NCBI RefSeq assembly: GCF_006345805.1
Contig: NC_042997.1
Coordinates: 156,984,001 to 157,048,000, forward strand
Reading direction: 5' to 3'
Length of the DNA: 64,000 nt
DNA from: Octopus sinensis
Taxonomy: Eukaryota
Shown: piece after piece, positions 1 through 10,770 of the stretch
Layout of the letters: each line of letters begins with the position of its first letter
How positions within the stretch are numbered: position 1 is the stretch's first letter
Position numbers and translations under genes: made by a program
Notes under the pieces: generated by a model
Seen by the model: the letters and a program-made list of their open reading frames with translations, nothing else
What the model was told of the DNA's origin: nothing
The model's database searches: none

Positions 1-300
1 TTAATTCTCGTTGCTCTTTTCAAGCCTAGCCAGGCTCATGGGCCTGGTTTCCTGGTTTCTGTGGCGTATGTCCCCCCCCCCCCAGCTGAATGGGACGCCA
101 GTCCATTGCAGCGTTACTCAAGAAACAGGAAGAAAGTATGATAGAAAGTTGTGGCGAAAGAGTATAACAGGGGTCGCCACCACCCCCTGTCGGAGCCTCG
201 TGAAGCTTTTAAGTGTTTTTGCTCAATAGACACATGCAACGCCCAGTCTGGGAATCGAAACTGTGATCCTCCGACCACGAGTCCACTGCCCTAACCACTG
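1..300 (-). mobile_element. tRNA-derived SINE (family D), partial
   Basis: Same sequence as 54430-54597 and the reverse of 54786-55150; reverse strand shows A-box and B-box (GGTTTCGATTCC) like motifs. Confidence 0.75.
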
Positions 301-1008
301 CCCCAGTATTAATATTTAATTGTTAATATTCAGTATTAATATTTAATTATTTATGTTATTAAATGTAAGAACTTCAACTGAGTGAAAATTACATGAAATA
401 TTTTAAATTTTTGTTTAGAAAAAAACATGCAACAAAAATAAGAATTTAGAAACTTGAAGAACATGAAATAATTATGTTTTGGAAGAGTGAATCTTGAAGC
501 AATTAAACCTCTAAATATTGCATCTCATAATTGATTTCAAATTTTGGCACAAGGCCAGTGGTTTCAGGAGAGGAGGTAAGTTGATTACATCGACCCCAGT
601 ACTCAACTGGTACTTATTTTATCGACCCCAAATGGATGAAAGGCAAAGTCAACTCTAGTAGCATTTGAACTCAGAATGCAAAGTCAGAAGAAATACCACT
701 AAGCATTTTGCCTGGAATGATAATGGTTCTGTCAGCTTGCTGCCTTAAAGCATCTAAATATTGGGTTAAAAAAAAACATTTCAATAGAAAACATCTAAGG
801 CTGCTGGCAGGATTTGAACCCACACCTCCTGTAATGTAGAACCTTTGTCATGTTTACAGGAGATGTCCAACCTCGGGCAGCTATAGACTGTTTCTATCCA
901 AATGTCTTTTTTTTTTTTTTAAACTCAGTATTTACATTCTAGTATTTATAGATTTAACTATTTCAAGACTCACTTATCCAAAAAAAAAATTATGCAACAA
1001 AATCTTAC

Positions 1009-1190
1009 AGAGAGAATTTCTGATGTGGATCGAGTGACATTCTTGGTATGGATTGAAAAATCTGGGATTCTGAAAGGTGGCAGTCCTTCTTGAATGTCAT
1101 TGGTGAGAGTAAATATATTTTTGTCTGGATTTTGACTTATTACTGCATAAGATATTGCTGAAGCTGATATTACTATGACTGCATTTGCAG
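1009..1190 (-). CDS. SLC26A11: SLC26A11-like coding exon 8 (ANAVIVISASAISYAV...TLTNDIQEGLPPFRIPDFS...EILS); gene continues beyond the window's left edge
   Basis: TTTTAG acceptor and GTAAGA donor; 182 nt; A-x-NA-x-xV...GLPPF-x-x-P motif of SLC26A11-like proteins. Confidence 0.93.
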
Positions 1191-1304
1191 CTAAAATTAA
1201 AGAAGAAAGTAATTTTGGTTTTAATGCAAATTCTAGTCTTAAATCATGTTCTTTTTTTATCTTCTATAATTTCATTCATATCTAGGATGCATGACATCAT
1301 CATC

Positions 1305-1590
1305 ATTATTTTCATCGTTTAACATCTGCTTTCCATGCTAGCATGGGTTGGATGATTTGACTGAGGACTGGCGAACCAGATGGCTGCACCAGGTTCCAAT
1401 CTTGATCTGACAGAGTTTCTACAGCTGGATGCCCTTCCTAATGCCAACCACTCCGAGAGTGTAGTGGGTGCTTTTACATGCCACCTGCATGAGGGCCAGT
1501 CAGACGGTACTGGCAACGGCCATGCTCAAATGGTGTTTTTTACGTGCCACCTGCACGGGAGCCAGTCCAGCGGCACGGGCAACGACCGTG
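1305..1590 (-). mobile_element. RTE LINE 3' end / RTE-tailed repeat
   Basis: Reverse of the ...AGGAAGGGCATCCAGCTGTAGAAAC...CCATGCTAGCATGGAAAGC...GATGATG tail, which follows the RTE ORF at 42177-42925. Confidence 0.8.
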
Positions 1591-1696
1591 AATCTAAGCA
1601 GCAGTGAACATCCCTCATTTATTCAGGCTATGGATTATATCATCCAGAGCAATATTTGTGGATATAAAATGTTGATATGCTCATCATCGTTGTTGT

Positions 1697-1835
1697 CTTT
1701 TACTTCCTCTAAGCGATCGGGTTCAGTCGTCTTCTCTAGGCCGTCAGAAAACGCACTGACGACGACACGGAATGCCGCTGTGCATAAGCGAACTCGTCAG
1801 CCAGATCCGAGGACCTTACTGGACCGTTTGATCGA

Positions 1836-1871
<36 letters not shown>

Positions 1872-2110
1872 ATGATCGATGCGGGCTGATTACCTGCACC
1901 TACCGGGAATACCTCGTTCACGGAGTTGGTTCCAGGCCCCGATCCCAATCACGGGAGGTGGTTCAGAGGTTTCCTGACCCTCTCAGGCCGGGGAAGATGT
2001 GCCCGCTGATACCTCCAGTGTAGCGCATGTGTGGCCCCGGACATCTAAGGGCATCACAGACCTGTTATCGCTCCGCCTCGTGCAAATTTCTGCCACTCAT
2101 CCCTCTAAGA
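1697..2110 (-). pseudogene. 18S rRNA 3'-region fragment (rDNA pseudogene) in the intron between exons 7 and 8
   Basis: Reverse complements of universal 18S motifs: GACGGGCGGTGTGTACAAAGGGCAGGGAC at ~1843-1871, GGACATCTAAGGGCATCACAGACCTGTTAT at ~2039-2068, CTTTTACTTCCTCTA at ~1697; no flanking ITS or upstream 18S. Confidence 0.9.
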
Positions 2111-2353
2111 TGTACTGCATCGTCATCGTCGTCATCATCATCATCATCTATTAAAAACAGTCTTTTCTGATTGACTTAGTTGAATTATTTTGAAAATCTA
2201 AATATTTTTCCCAAAGCTATATCAATACTTGAAATGAAATATCATTAACAAATTGAATGACTAAATCATACATTAGATTATTATTTTTTCAAATGGAATT
2301 ATATAACTTCTATTGACCATTTGAATAGCAAAAGTAAAAACCTGCATCCTTAC

Positions 2354-2444
2354 CAGTTCCAAACAACCACAAAAAATTCCGGGCAATTTTCTGAGACCAA
2401 TGTATTGTTTCATCAGTGTCCATCCAATTTATGGAACGAAGCTT
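2354..2444 (-). CDS. SLC26A11: SLC26A11-like coding exon 7 (KLRSINWMDTDETIHWSQKIARNFLWLFGT-A)
   Basis: TTACAG acceptor and GTAAGG donor; 91 nt, phase 0 in and phase 1 out, matching exon 8. Confidence 0.92.
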
Positions 2445-2547
2445 CTGTAAGTAACAAAAACATTTCATCAATGACATATTGTACACAAAAGCAACTAATA
2501 ATTCTTCAATCAGGCATCAGTCAAAAAAATTTCTATAAAGTTAAAAT

Positions 2548-2938
2548 AGGTAGCAGCGTGGCTGTGTGGTGAGAAGTTTGCTTCCCAGCCACATGGTTCT
2601 GGGTTCAGATCCACTGCATGCTACCTAGGGCAAGTGTCTTCTTTTGCCTCAGGCTGACCAAAGCCTTGTGAGTGGATTTGGATTTGGTTGACAAAAACTG
2701 AAAAGAGCCTGTCATATACATACACACACATGTGTGTGTGTGTCTGTCTGTGTTTGTTCCCTACTGATGTTGGTGTGCTTACATCCCTGTAACTTAGAAG
2801 TTTGGCAAAATAGAATCAATAAAATAAGTGCTGGGCTTAAAAAGAAAATAAGCCCTGGGGTTGATTAGTTCAACTAAAATTCCCCAGTATGGCCACAGTC
2901 TAATGATCAAAACAAGTAAAAGATAAAAAGATAAAAGA
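2548..2938 (+). mobile_element. tRNA-derived SINE family A (central TA/TG microsatellite)
   Basis: Head GTGGCTGTGTGGT...GGGTTCAGATCC, central (TA/TG)n, tail ...TCAAAACAAGTAAAAGATAAAA; roughly 20 or more homologous copies or fragments in the window. Confidence 0.8.
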
Positions 2939-3148
2939 GACTCTAGTACAGGAGTGGGAACCTGTGACCTTTCATGTTGTTAAGCATAAACCTATGGAAG
3001 AAGTCTTTTATTTGTATTTTAGTTCATATTTTATATTTTAAAAAAACTGTTCATTACACCGTATTATATTTATGGTAATGTTCTGAAATTCTTAAAAAGT
3101 TATTAAAAGGTTCAGTATATATTGACAGTTTACATTGTGTTACTTTAA

Positions 3149-3351
3149 CCCTTTAGTGTTCAGATTACTCTGTTAAATGTAATGCTTTTTTAATTAAAAT
3201 TGTTTTTAATTAATCCTGCATTATCTTATAGCTTTTGAGGTTTATTTTTAGAATGTCAATGTAGATTAGGTGTAAGAGGCCGGATATCGCTGGTTTGAAT
3301 ATAAAACATGGAATATTTGGGCCGGATATGGCCGGTTTAAACACTAAAGGG
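3149..3351. mobile_element. piggyBac-like MITE
   Basis: TTAA|CCCTTTAGTG ... CACTAAAGGG|TTAA: TTAA TSDs and CCC-starting TIRs; degenerate relatives at ~14228-14437 and ~31620-31843. Confidence 0.8.
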
Positions 3352-3744
3352 TTAATATTTATAATTACATTTTCAGAGTAAAAGTGATTATGCTTATCTG
3401 AGAAATGAGCTGGTAGAATTGTTAGCATGCTGGATGAAATGTTTAGTGGTATTTCATCTGTCTTTATGTTCTGAGTTCAATTTTCTGCCAAGGTTTACTT
3501 TATCTTTCATCCTTTTGGGGTTGATAAAATAAGTACCAGTTGAGCACTAGGGTCAATGTAATTGGTTTAACTACTCCTGGCCAGGAATATAAAATCTGCA
3601 TCACACTGTCAAGCCATGTTGAGCCAGTGTGGTAGAGTAGGCTCAACAAACTAGTATCGTCTCAAGCCCAAATTCACGGCCTCCATATCAGGCTATGATC
3701 GGTGGAGAGAACATGTAGTGCACCTGAGCACTGTATACAATATA

Positions 3745-4217
3745 TTCATTATTATTATTGAGTGAGAGAGCAGTGCATGCCATCAAAGTGGTACTGGGGT
3801 AAAATATACGAAGCCCAATATACCCATCATGACTACCTGTCTGATAAGGGTACACCAGGCACATGCATCACAACCCTATGTGCGCAACATGTTGATTTCA
3901 TATCAAGATAAACGACGCATGACATTGCAGGTGGGGCCTAGTTAGAATTTTTTTCAGGTCGAGTAGCCCAGCCCACTCAAACGGTCCCTGTATAAGGATT
4001 AAGGATGTTGAACGAACCACCCATGTTTCCAAAGGTGAATCATCCAAACCGCTAAGAATTCCTTTCAACACATGGCTATGATGCTCCCCCACTACTTCTG
4101 CTCGTGATCAGAGATGCACATATCGTCAGTCACTAAGGGACATGGTCAACTGGGTAAGGTCAAACAACTGGCAAGTAAATCTGTGGTATTGAGCAGAATA
4201 TTTGCTGTAGCCTATCT

Positions 4218-4245
<28 letters not shown>
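3745..4245. mobile_element. LINE-derived repeat with (TAA)n ends; inverted homologue at ~40490-40975
   Basis: About 480 bp shared in opposite orientation between the two loci (e.g. CTGATAAGGGTACACC, GATCAGAGATGCACATATC). Family not identified. Confidence 0.6.
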
Positions 4246-4250
<5 letters not shown>

Positions 4251-5329
4251 ACACGATGAAGTGTTCATCTTGCAGTAAAATGAACATGAGCAATCAAATC
4301 TAATCCAATCCAATCCAGTATTTATCTGTATATTTGATAAAACTTTTTACAAATTTCCTCACTCTAATATCAATGAATTCATTGATTTAGTCCAAATCAT
4401 GTCACTTAGCAGTAAACAATTTTCAGGGTTGCTACAACAGTGGCAAATAATTTTTAAAAGAATACACACCCCAGTTTCCATGATATATAAGTGATGGAGA
4501 TTATAATGACCCCGTCCACTGAACAGGACACCACTCCATTGCAGGGTTAAGTTCCCACCAATTATTGGAACTCATTTATAGCTGGGTGACTGTGGAGCAA
4601 CAAGAAATGAAGTGTTTGGCTCAAGAACACAATGCACAACCCAGTCCAGGAATCGAAACTGCAATTTTATGATTGTGAGTGAAACTTCTTAACAACTAGG
4701 CCACATGCCTTCACAGTACATTGCTGTGACACATTTAATTCAACATGGCGTTAAAGTATAAAATCTTTTCCCTTCCCTACACTGGGTAAGTTGATAGGAG
4801 GTTCAACTGCTAACCAAGGGTTTCATAGCTTATTGCATATCACTGGTGTATCACATTGTCCTTAACTTCTGTAATTTACTTCATGTAACTGGAGACAGAT
4901 ACTATACAGTAGTTGTGTTGCTTTTTTGGGGTCTGTACTTATTGTACATCTATGATCAAAGGCATACCAAGTGTATCTAGATCTACGTTACTGAACTGTG
5001 ATTTGAAGGAGATGGAACTGTTATTTATAGTTCACTGAACGGTGGCGTTGGGATCCTTCTTTGACTCGTGACTAATTTAATAATATATAGTGTCGAAGTG
5101 GGCGTTTTATGTCATGTGAATAAATGAAGTAAACAGCACAACGGCGGGAGACTTTATACAAGGGAGGCGACTCTTCATTCTTAATTTTTTCCCCCCACCA
5201 TTGTTTAATGTTAAACACGGAAAGAAAAAAATTCACCAAGGATTAGGTAGGGGAGAGGTAGAAGAGAGATAGTGTGAGAAAGAAAGGGAGAGAGGGAAAA
5301 TGTTGTTTATGATACGTTAATGGGTCATG

Positions 5330-7760
5330 GGATCTTTTAAGTTTGAACGGCAGTTTTTAAAAATAATTTCCACGTAACTTTTAAACTTCGTATACTGGTA
5401 GAATGTGTTTATAAAACATCTTTTTCTGTAGGCTTTTGTAGCAATATCGTCTCTCATTGCTATCTTCACTGTTTGAGAAGAGTATTAAGAATGACCTCGG
5501 TCGAGATTACAAACAGCTTTGGCTAGTTTAACATTGTTGTAAACACTAATTCGATTGGCTGACACGTTGGTCTCTACTACGCTCGCACCGCTGGTTATAA
5601 CTTGGCGCAAAATGTCTCGACTTATTTTCGCGCCATAGTCCAAGCAGCCAATCACAGCTTTCCATTTCTGAAGTTCACTGGGAGCCTGGTGAAGCTTATA
5701 AAACAAGGTTTCTCAGAAAAAATATTCGTCTTAGGTTTCCAGTCCTTCTCAGGGCGAACCTCTGACCACACAGAGCTCGTCTTAGGTTTCCAGTCCTTCT
5801 CAGGGCGAACCTCTGACCACACAGAGCTCGTCGTAGGCTTTTAGTTCTTTTCAGAACTAAGTCTCTGACCACACAGAGAATACTCGACCAAGTTCCAGTT
5901 TCGAGGCAAGCGACCACCATTAATACAAGATGTTACAGATACCTAACATACTGTTAGTGTGAAAAATCACCATAAAAAGAAATCGTGTTGTCATTCCAAA
6001 CTTATGTGTATTGCCGCTGCATGTAAAATATAGTCAGTAAAATATTTTATTAAGAATCGGGTCAGTACCTATTTTTATACTGGTGACCCCTTTAATACGC
6101 AGGACTTCTGATATACTGCGCGGCCAACGGTAGACATAAGTTACGGAATTGACACAAGAGAACGCTGAAAGATGAACTTTTTAAGAAAACCAAAAAAATA
6201 GATATATATAATAATGTCAATTTTATCGCCGTTTTGTCGTAGACAAAACGTCTGGCAAGAGGCTATATGTAGCAATATCGTCTCTCATTGCTATCTTCAC
6301 TGTTTGAGAAGAGTATTAAGAATGACCTCGGTCGAGATTACAAACAGCTTTGGCTAGTTTAACATTGTTGTAAACACTAATTCGATTGGCTGACACGTTG
6401 GTCTCTACTACGCTCGCACCGCTGGTTATAACTTGGCGCAAAATGTCTCGACTTATTTTCGCGCCATAGTCCAAGCAGCCAATCACAGCTTTCCATTTCT
6501 GAAGTTCACTGGGAGCCTGGTGAAGCTTATAAAACAAGGTTTCTCAGAAAAAATATTCGTCTTAGGTTTCCAGTCCTTCTCAGGGCGAACCTCTGACCAC
6601 ACAGAGCTCGTCTTAGGTTTCCAGTCCTTCTCAGGGCGAACCTCTGACCACACAGAGCTCGTCGTAGGCTTTTAGTTCTTTTCAGAACTAAGTCTCTGAC
6701 CACACAGAGAATACTCGACCAAGTTCCAGTTTCGAGGCAAGCGACCACCATTAATACAAGATGTTACAGATACCTAACATACTGTTAGTGTGAAATATCA
6801 CCATGAAGAAAACGGTTACAAGATATCTATAACTAGAGAACAATAACCAAGCAGAACATCTGATGAAGAAGCAGCAAGAACCAATCGACAAACATCGAAG
6901 ATTTAAATTGTACACGAGACAACTACAGATTCAACTATAGCGGTTAGGTGAAATTCTCGCCACGAAGAAAACGGCTACAGAAACATGTCTGGAAGTATAT
7001 TCAGATCAAGAGAAAGATAAACACAACGAGTGGTTCAATTAATCTCAACTGCGACACGCAATATCTTGATATGGAAGTCTGACGCTGTACCTCATAAACG
7101 GTAAATCAATTCACTGTTCTTGGGTTCTAGTTTCTTCTAAGAACTACCTTAAGCCATCTGTTATTACCTGTTGCCAAGCCGATACCAACAACATTAACTG
7201 TGAATCAAATCCCATCGACAATTCACTGGTCAGTACCTTTTTACGCCTAACGAACACACAGACACAAAAACATGCGAACACTTACAAACTTCCAACATCA
7301 AGCATGATTGTAAAATATGTAAAATAAATAATGTATATATCTTAAAAAGAAATCTTGTTGTCATTCCAAACTTATGTGTATTGCCGCTGCATGTAAAAGA
7401 TAGTCAGTAAAATATATTAATAAGAATAGGATCATTACTATTTTTATACTTTATTGAGAAAATTCTATGGTTTGTAAGATATTTGTTGTGTTTTTTCTTC
7501 AATTTCTGCAATTTCAACCAATCAGTGACGTCTATTGAGGTGAAAACATTCTGTGCCGTATGAGTATGTCCCTCGTTTAAGAAACAGATTGGGTTTATTT
7601 ACATTTCTGAAGAAAAAAAAGATACCCCCACCCACCCCTAACCCTAACCCTAACCCTAAAACAGATTGAAATGCAATAGATCGATACTAGGGTCATAATT
7701 ATGGGTGACAATTTCATATGACACCGCTAGGAAAAACTGCTGTTCAAACCGAAAAGATCC
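5330..7760. mobile_element. GG-terminated MITE (~415 bp once the nested insert is removed) with 8 bp TSD and an internal (CCCTAA)4 tract
   Basis: TIR GGATCTTTT(AA/CG)GTTTGAAC(G/A)GCAGTTTTT at both ends; TSD GGGTCATG at 5322-5329 and 7761-7768; CCCTAA x4 at 7636-7659. Confidence 0.85.
5437..7448 (+). mobile_element. Non-autonomous LTR retroelement (TRIM-like) nested in the MITE
   Basis: Direct repeats 5437-5973 = 6268-6804 and 5974-6079 ~ 7344-7448; both LTRs start TGTAG and end TTTTATA; PBS TGGTGACCCC at 6081-6090; CTTT duplicated at 5433-5436 and 7449-7452; CCAAT and TATAAAA motifs inside the repeat; no coding region. Confidence 0.7.
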
Positions 7761-8053
7761 GGGTCATGTTCAGATCTGTTCTATAAGAAACAAGAACAAC
7801 AATTATGATGGACCCACAAAGAGCCCATCACGTGGTTGTTCAAATGATCATCACTACCACTCCATTAAAGTAATGAAAGCCAGTAGCAAGACTAGCAGCC
7901 ACAGTACCACACCACCAACAAAAAATGACTACCATTATCACCAGCAATGCCAAAAATGACCAAATCCATCACCTCTATCAAAGCAACTATTGCCACTGCC
8001 ACTGCTTCCACCACTGCCAACATAAAACACAATTCAGTAATGTTATCACTTAC

Positions 8054-8108
8054 TTTGATGAAATGTACCAAAACCAAGCAGGAAACACCTAAGAGAAGAT
8101 CCCAGACA
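8054..8108 (-). CDS. SLC26A11: SLC26A11-like coding exon 6 (VWDLLLGVSCLVLVHFIK)
   Basis: TTTTGCAG acceptor and GTAAGT donor; 55 nt completes the AA|T Asn codon; WD-x-x-x-G-x-x-C transmembrane motif. Confidence 0.92.
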
Positions 8109-8260
8109 CTGCAAAAAACAGAAAAAAAAAAAAACAAAGAAAAAAACACGAAGATAGGATTAATAAATAAACAGCAAAACATTACATTATTGGAAATTTT
8201 GAAGAAATTATTTATAACAGAAGAACCCACACACACTGATACACACACATATACATACAT

Positions 8261-8309
<49 letters not shown>

Positions 8310-8311
<2 letters not shown>

Positions 8312-8522
8312 CTCTCTTACTCTTTTACTTGTTTCAGTCATTTGACTGCGGCTATACTGGAGCACCGTCTTTAGTTAAGCAAATCGACCCCAGGACTTAT
8401 TCTTTGTAAGCCTAGTACTTATTCTATCGGTCTTTTTTGCCGAACTGCTAAGTTACGGGGACGTAAACACACCAGCATCGGTTGTCAAGCAGTGTTGGGG
8501 GAACAAACACAGACACACAAAT

Positions 8523-8553
<31 letters not shown>

Positions 8554-8714
8554 TATACGACAGGCTTCTTTCAGTTTCTGTCTACCAAATCCACTCACAA
8601 GGCTTTGGTCGGCCCGAGGCTATAGTAGAAGACACTTGCCCAAGGTGTCACGCAGTGGGACTGAACCTAGAACCATGTGGTTGGTAAGCAAACTACTTAC
8701 CACACAGCCACTCC
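8310..8714 (-). mobile_element. SINE family A
   Basis: Near full-length reverse copy with central (CA/TA)n. Confidence 0.85.
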
Positions 8715-9523
8715 TTTTTTGATGTCCACTTTTTCATGTTAGCATTGGTCAGAGTTTACAGAGGCAGATTTTTTTTTTTTACAGCTGGACACCTTTCCTG
8801 TTACCAATTCTCACCTGTTTCCAAGCAAGGTAATATTTCTTGGTGGCCAGATACAATTTTGCAGAATACTGGAAATGAGTGGTACAACTTGTACGACAGT
8901 AACACCCATTTAGAGCTATCACTCATTATATCAAGATGAGACACAGAGACACACACATACACATGCATGCTTGATGGACTCCTTTCAATTTTAATACATA
9001 TATAGGATGGGCTTCTTTCAGTTTCCGTCTACCAAATCCACTCATAAGGCTTTGGTCGGCCCGAGGCTATAGTAGAAGACACTTGCCTAAGGTGCCATGC
9101 AGTGGGACTGAACCTGGAACAATGTAGTTGGTTAGCAAGCTACTTACTGATGGCCTGGTTGATACTCTGATATGTATGTAATACATACAGTAGTACATAT
9201 TCACATTAAGAAGACAATATTGAAATACATTATAAATTCCCCTCACATTTCACCCTACCATAATGAAAATAAGAGGGGGGGAAAAAAAGCAGAGAACACA
9301 TTAGATAATGTAGTCTAAGATATCATTAAACAAATGGAATGGTCACATGTGGAATGCCTTTGATAAAATATCTGCATGAATCAGAGTTGACGTCATCTGA
9401 GAAACATCAAGGATCAAGTGATTTTCATATAAAGCAACATGTGTTTGTTTCTCAATGAGTGCACTGAATCCCTAGAAGCCTTCACTGAGCTGAAATTACA
9501 GTGAATAAATGTGTGTGCTTGCA

Positions 9524-9555
<32 letters not shown>

Positions 9556-9635
9556 TATGTGTATGTATTTGTGAGAGTGCAAATGTGTGTGTGTGTGTGA
9601 GTGTGTGTATTTATGAGAGTGTGTGTGAGCGTGTA

Positions 9636-9667
<32 letters not shown>

Positions 9668-10179
9668 AGAGCTTGTTTCAATGCATGTAATTTATTGAAA
9701 GCTGTAACTTAACAAATCATTAATTAATTTCTCATTGTCCTTGGACAATTATATAAAAAAAAACAAAAAAAAAACAAAAGAAAACAAAAACAACAACAGG
9801 GTTACAAACAGATGCACAAGACTAAATAAGGAGACTTATTCTGATTGGTTGACAATTTAAAAAAAATCCAAATATATTCAATAAATGACAATAACTATTT
9901 ATTTATATATTCTCATATGTCACATTATTTTTTGCATATACTGCAGTCAGCAATGGATATATACATGTTTCAAAAAATATTTTTCATTTACAAATTGCTG
10001 AACCAATCAAATCAATAATTATTATAAAAATTCTGCTCATTTATGATCTTGTGTACCTATTTATAACCCTGCTTTACCATTTTATCAGTGGTTGTTCTAA
10101 GTTTAGCAACAAGTATAATGGTTTGCAAAAATCCCATCTTCTAATAAATAAACTATTCTATTTTTATATTGGTTTCAAA

Positions 10180-10770
10180 TTTTGGCACAAGGCCAGCAAT
10201 TTCAGGAGAAGAGTAAGTTGATTATATTGACCCTAGTACTCAACTGGTACTTATTTTATCAAGGATGAAAAGTAAAGTCAACCTCATCGGAATTTGAACT
10301 CAGAATGTAAAGATAGATGAAATGCCACTAAGCTTGGCATGCTAATGATTCTTATTTCTTTATTGCCCACAAGGGGTTAAACACAGAGGAGACAAACAAG
10401 GCCAGACAAAAGGATTAAGCTGATTAGATCAACCCCAGTGCGTAACTGGTACTTATTTAATCGACCCTGAAAGGATGAAAGGCAAAGTCGACCTCGGCGG
10501 AATTTGAACTCAGAAAGTAAAGACAGACGAAATACCTATTTCTTTACTACTCACAAGGGGCTAAACACAGAGAGGATAGACAAGGACAGACAAACGGATT
10601 AAGTCGATTATATCGACCCCCAGTGCGTAACTGGTACTTAATTTATTAACCCTGAAAGGATGAAAAGCAAAGTCGACCTCGGCGGAATTTGAACTCAGAA
10701 CGTAACGGCAGACGAAATATCGCTAAGCATTTCGCCCGGTGGGATAACATTTCTGCCTGCTTGCCGCCAG
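10180..10770 (-). mobile_element. Stack of 2-3 tRNA-derived SINE family B copies (Meta-domain-like core)
   Basis: Repeated GAAAGGATGAAAGGCAAAGTCGACCTCGGCGGAATTTGAACTCAGAA; the core resembles the MetaSINE domain from memory, so this assignment is tentative. Confidence 0.75.

Noticed and set aside
5485-6751. Duplicated 73-80 aa ORFs suggesting a duplicated gene
   Set aside because: They lie within the two LTR-like direct repeats and show no recognisable protein motifs.
6868-6895. CTGATGA as another hammerhead core
   Set aside because: No downstream stem II-GAAA or stem I complementarity.
7636-7659. Interstitial telomere or chromosome fusion scar
   Set aside because: Only 4 units, enclosed by TIRs and a TSD, so part of a MITE.
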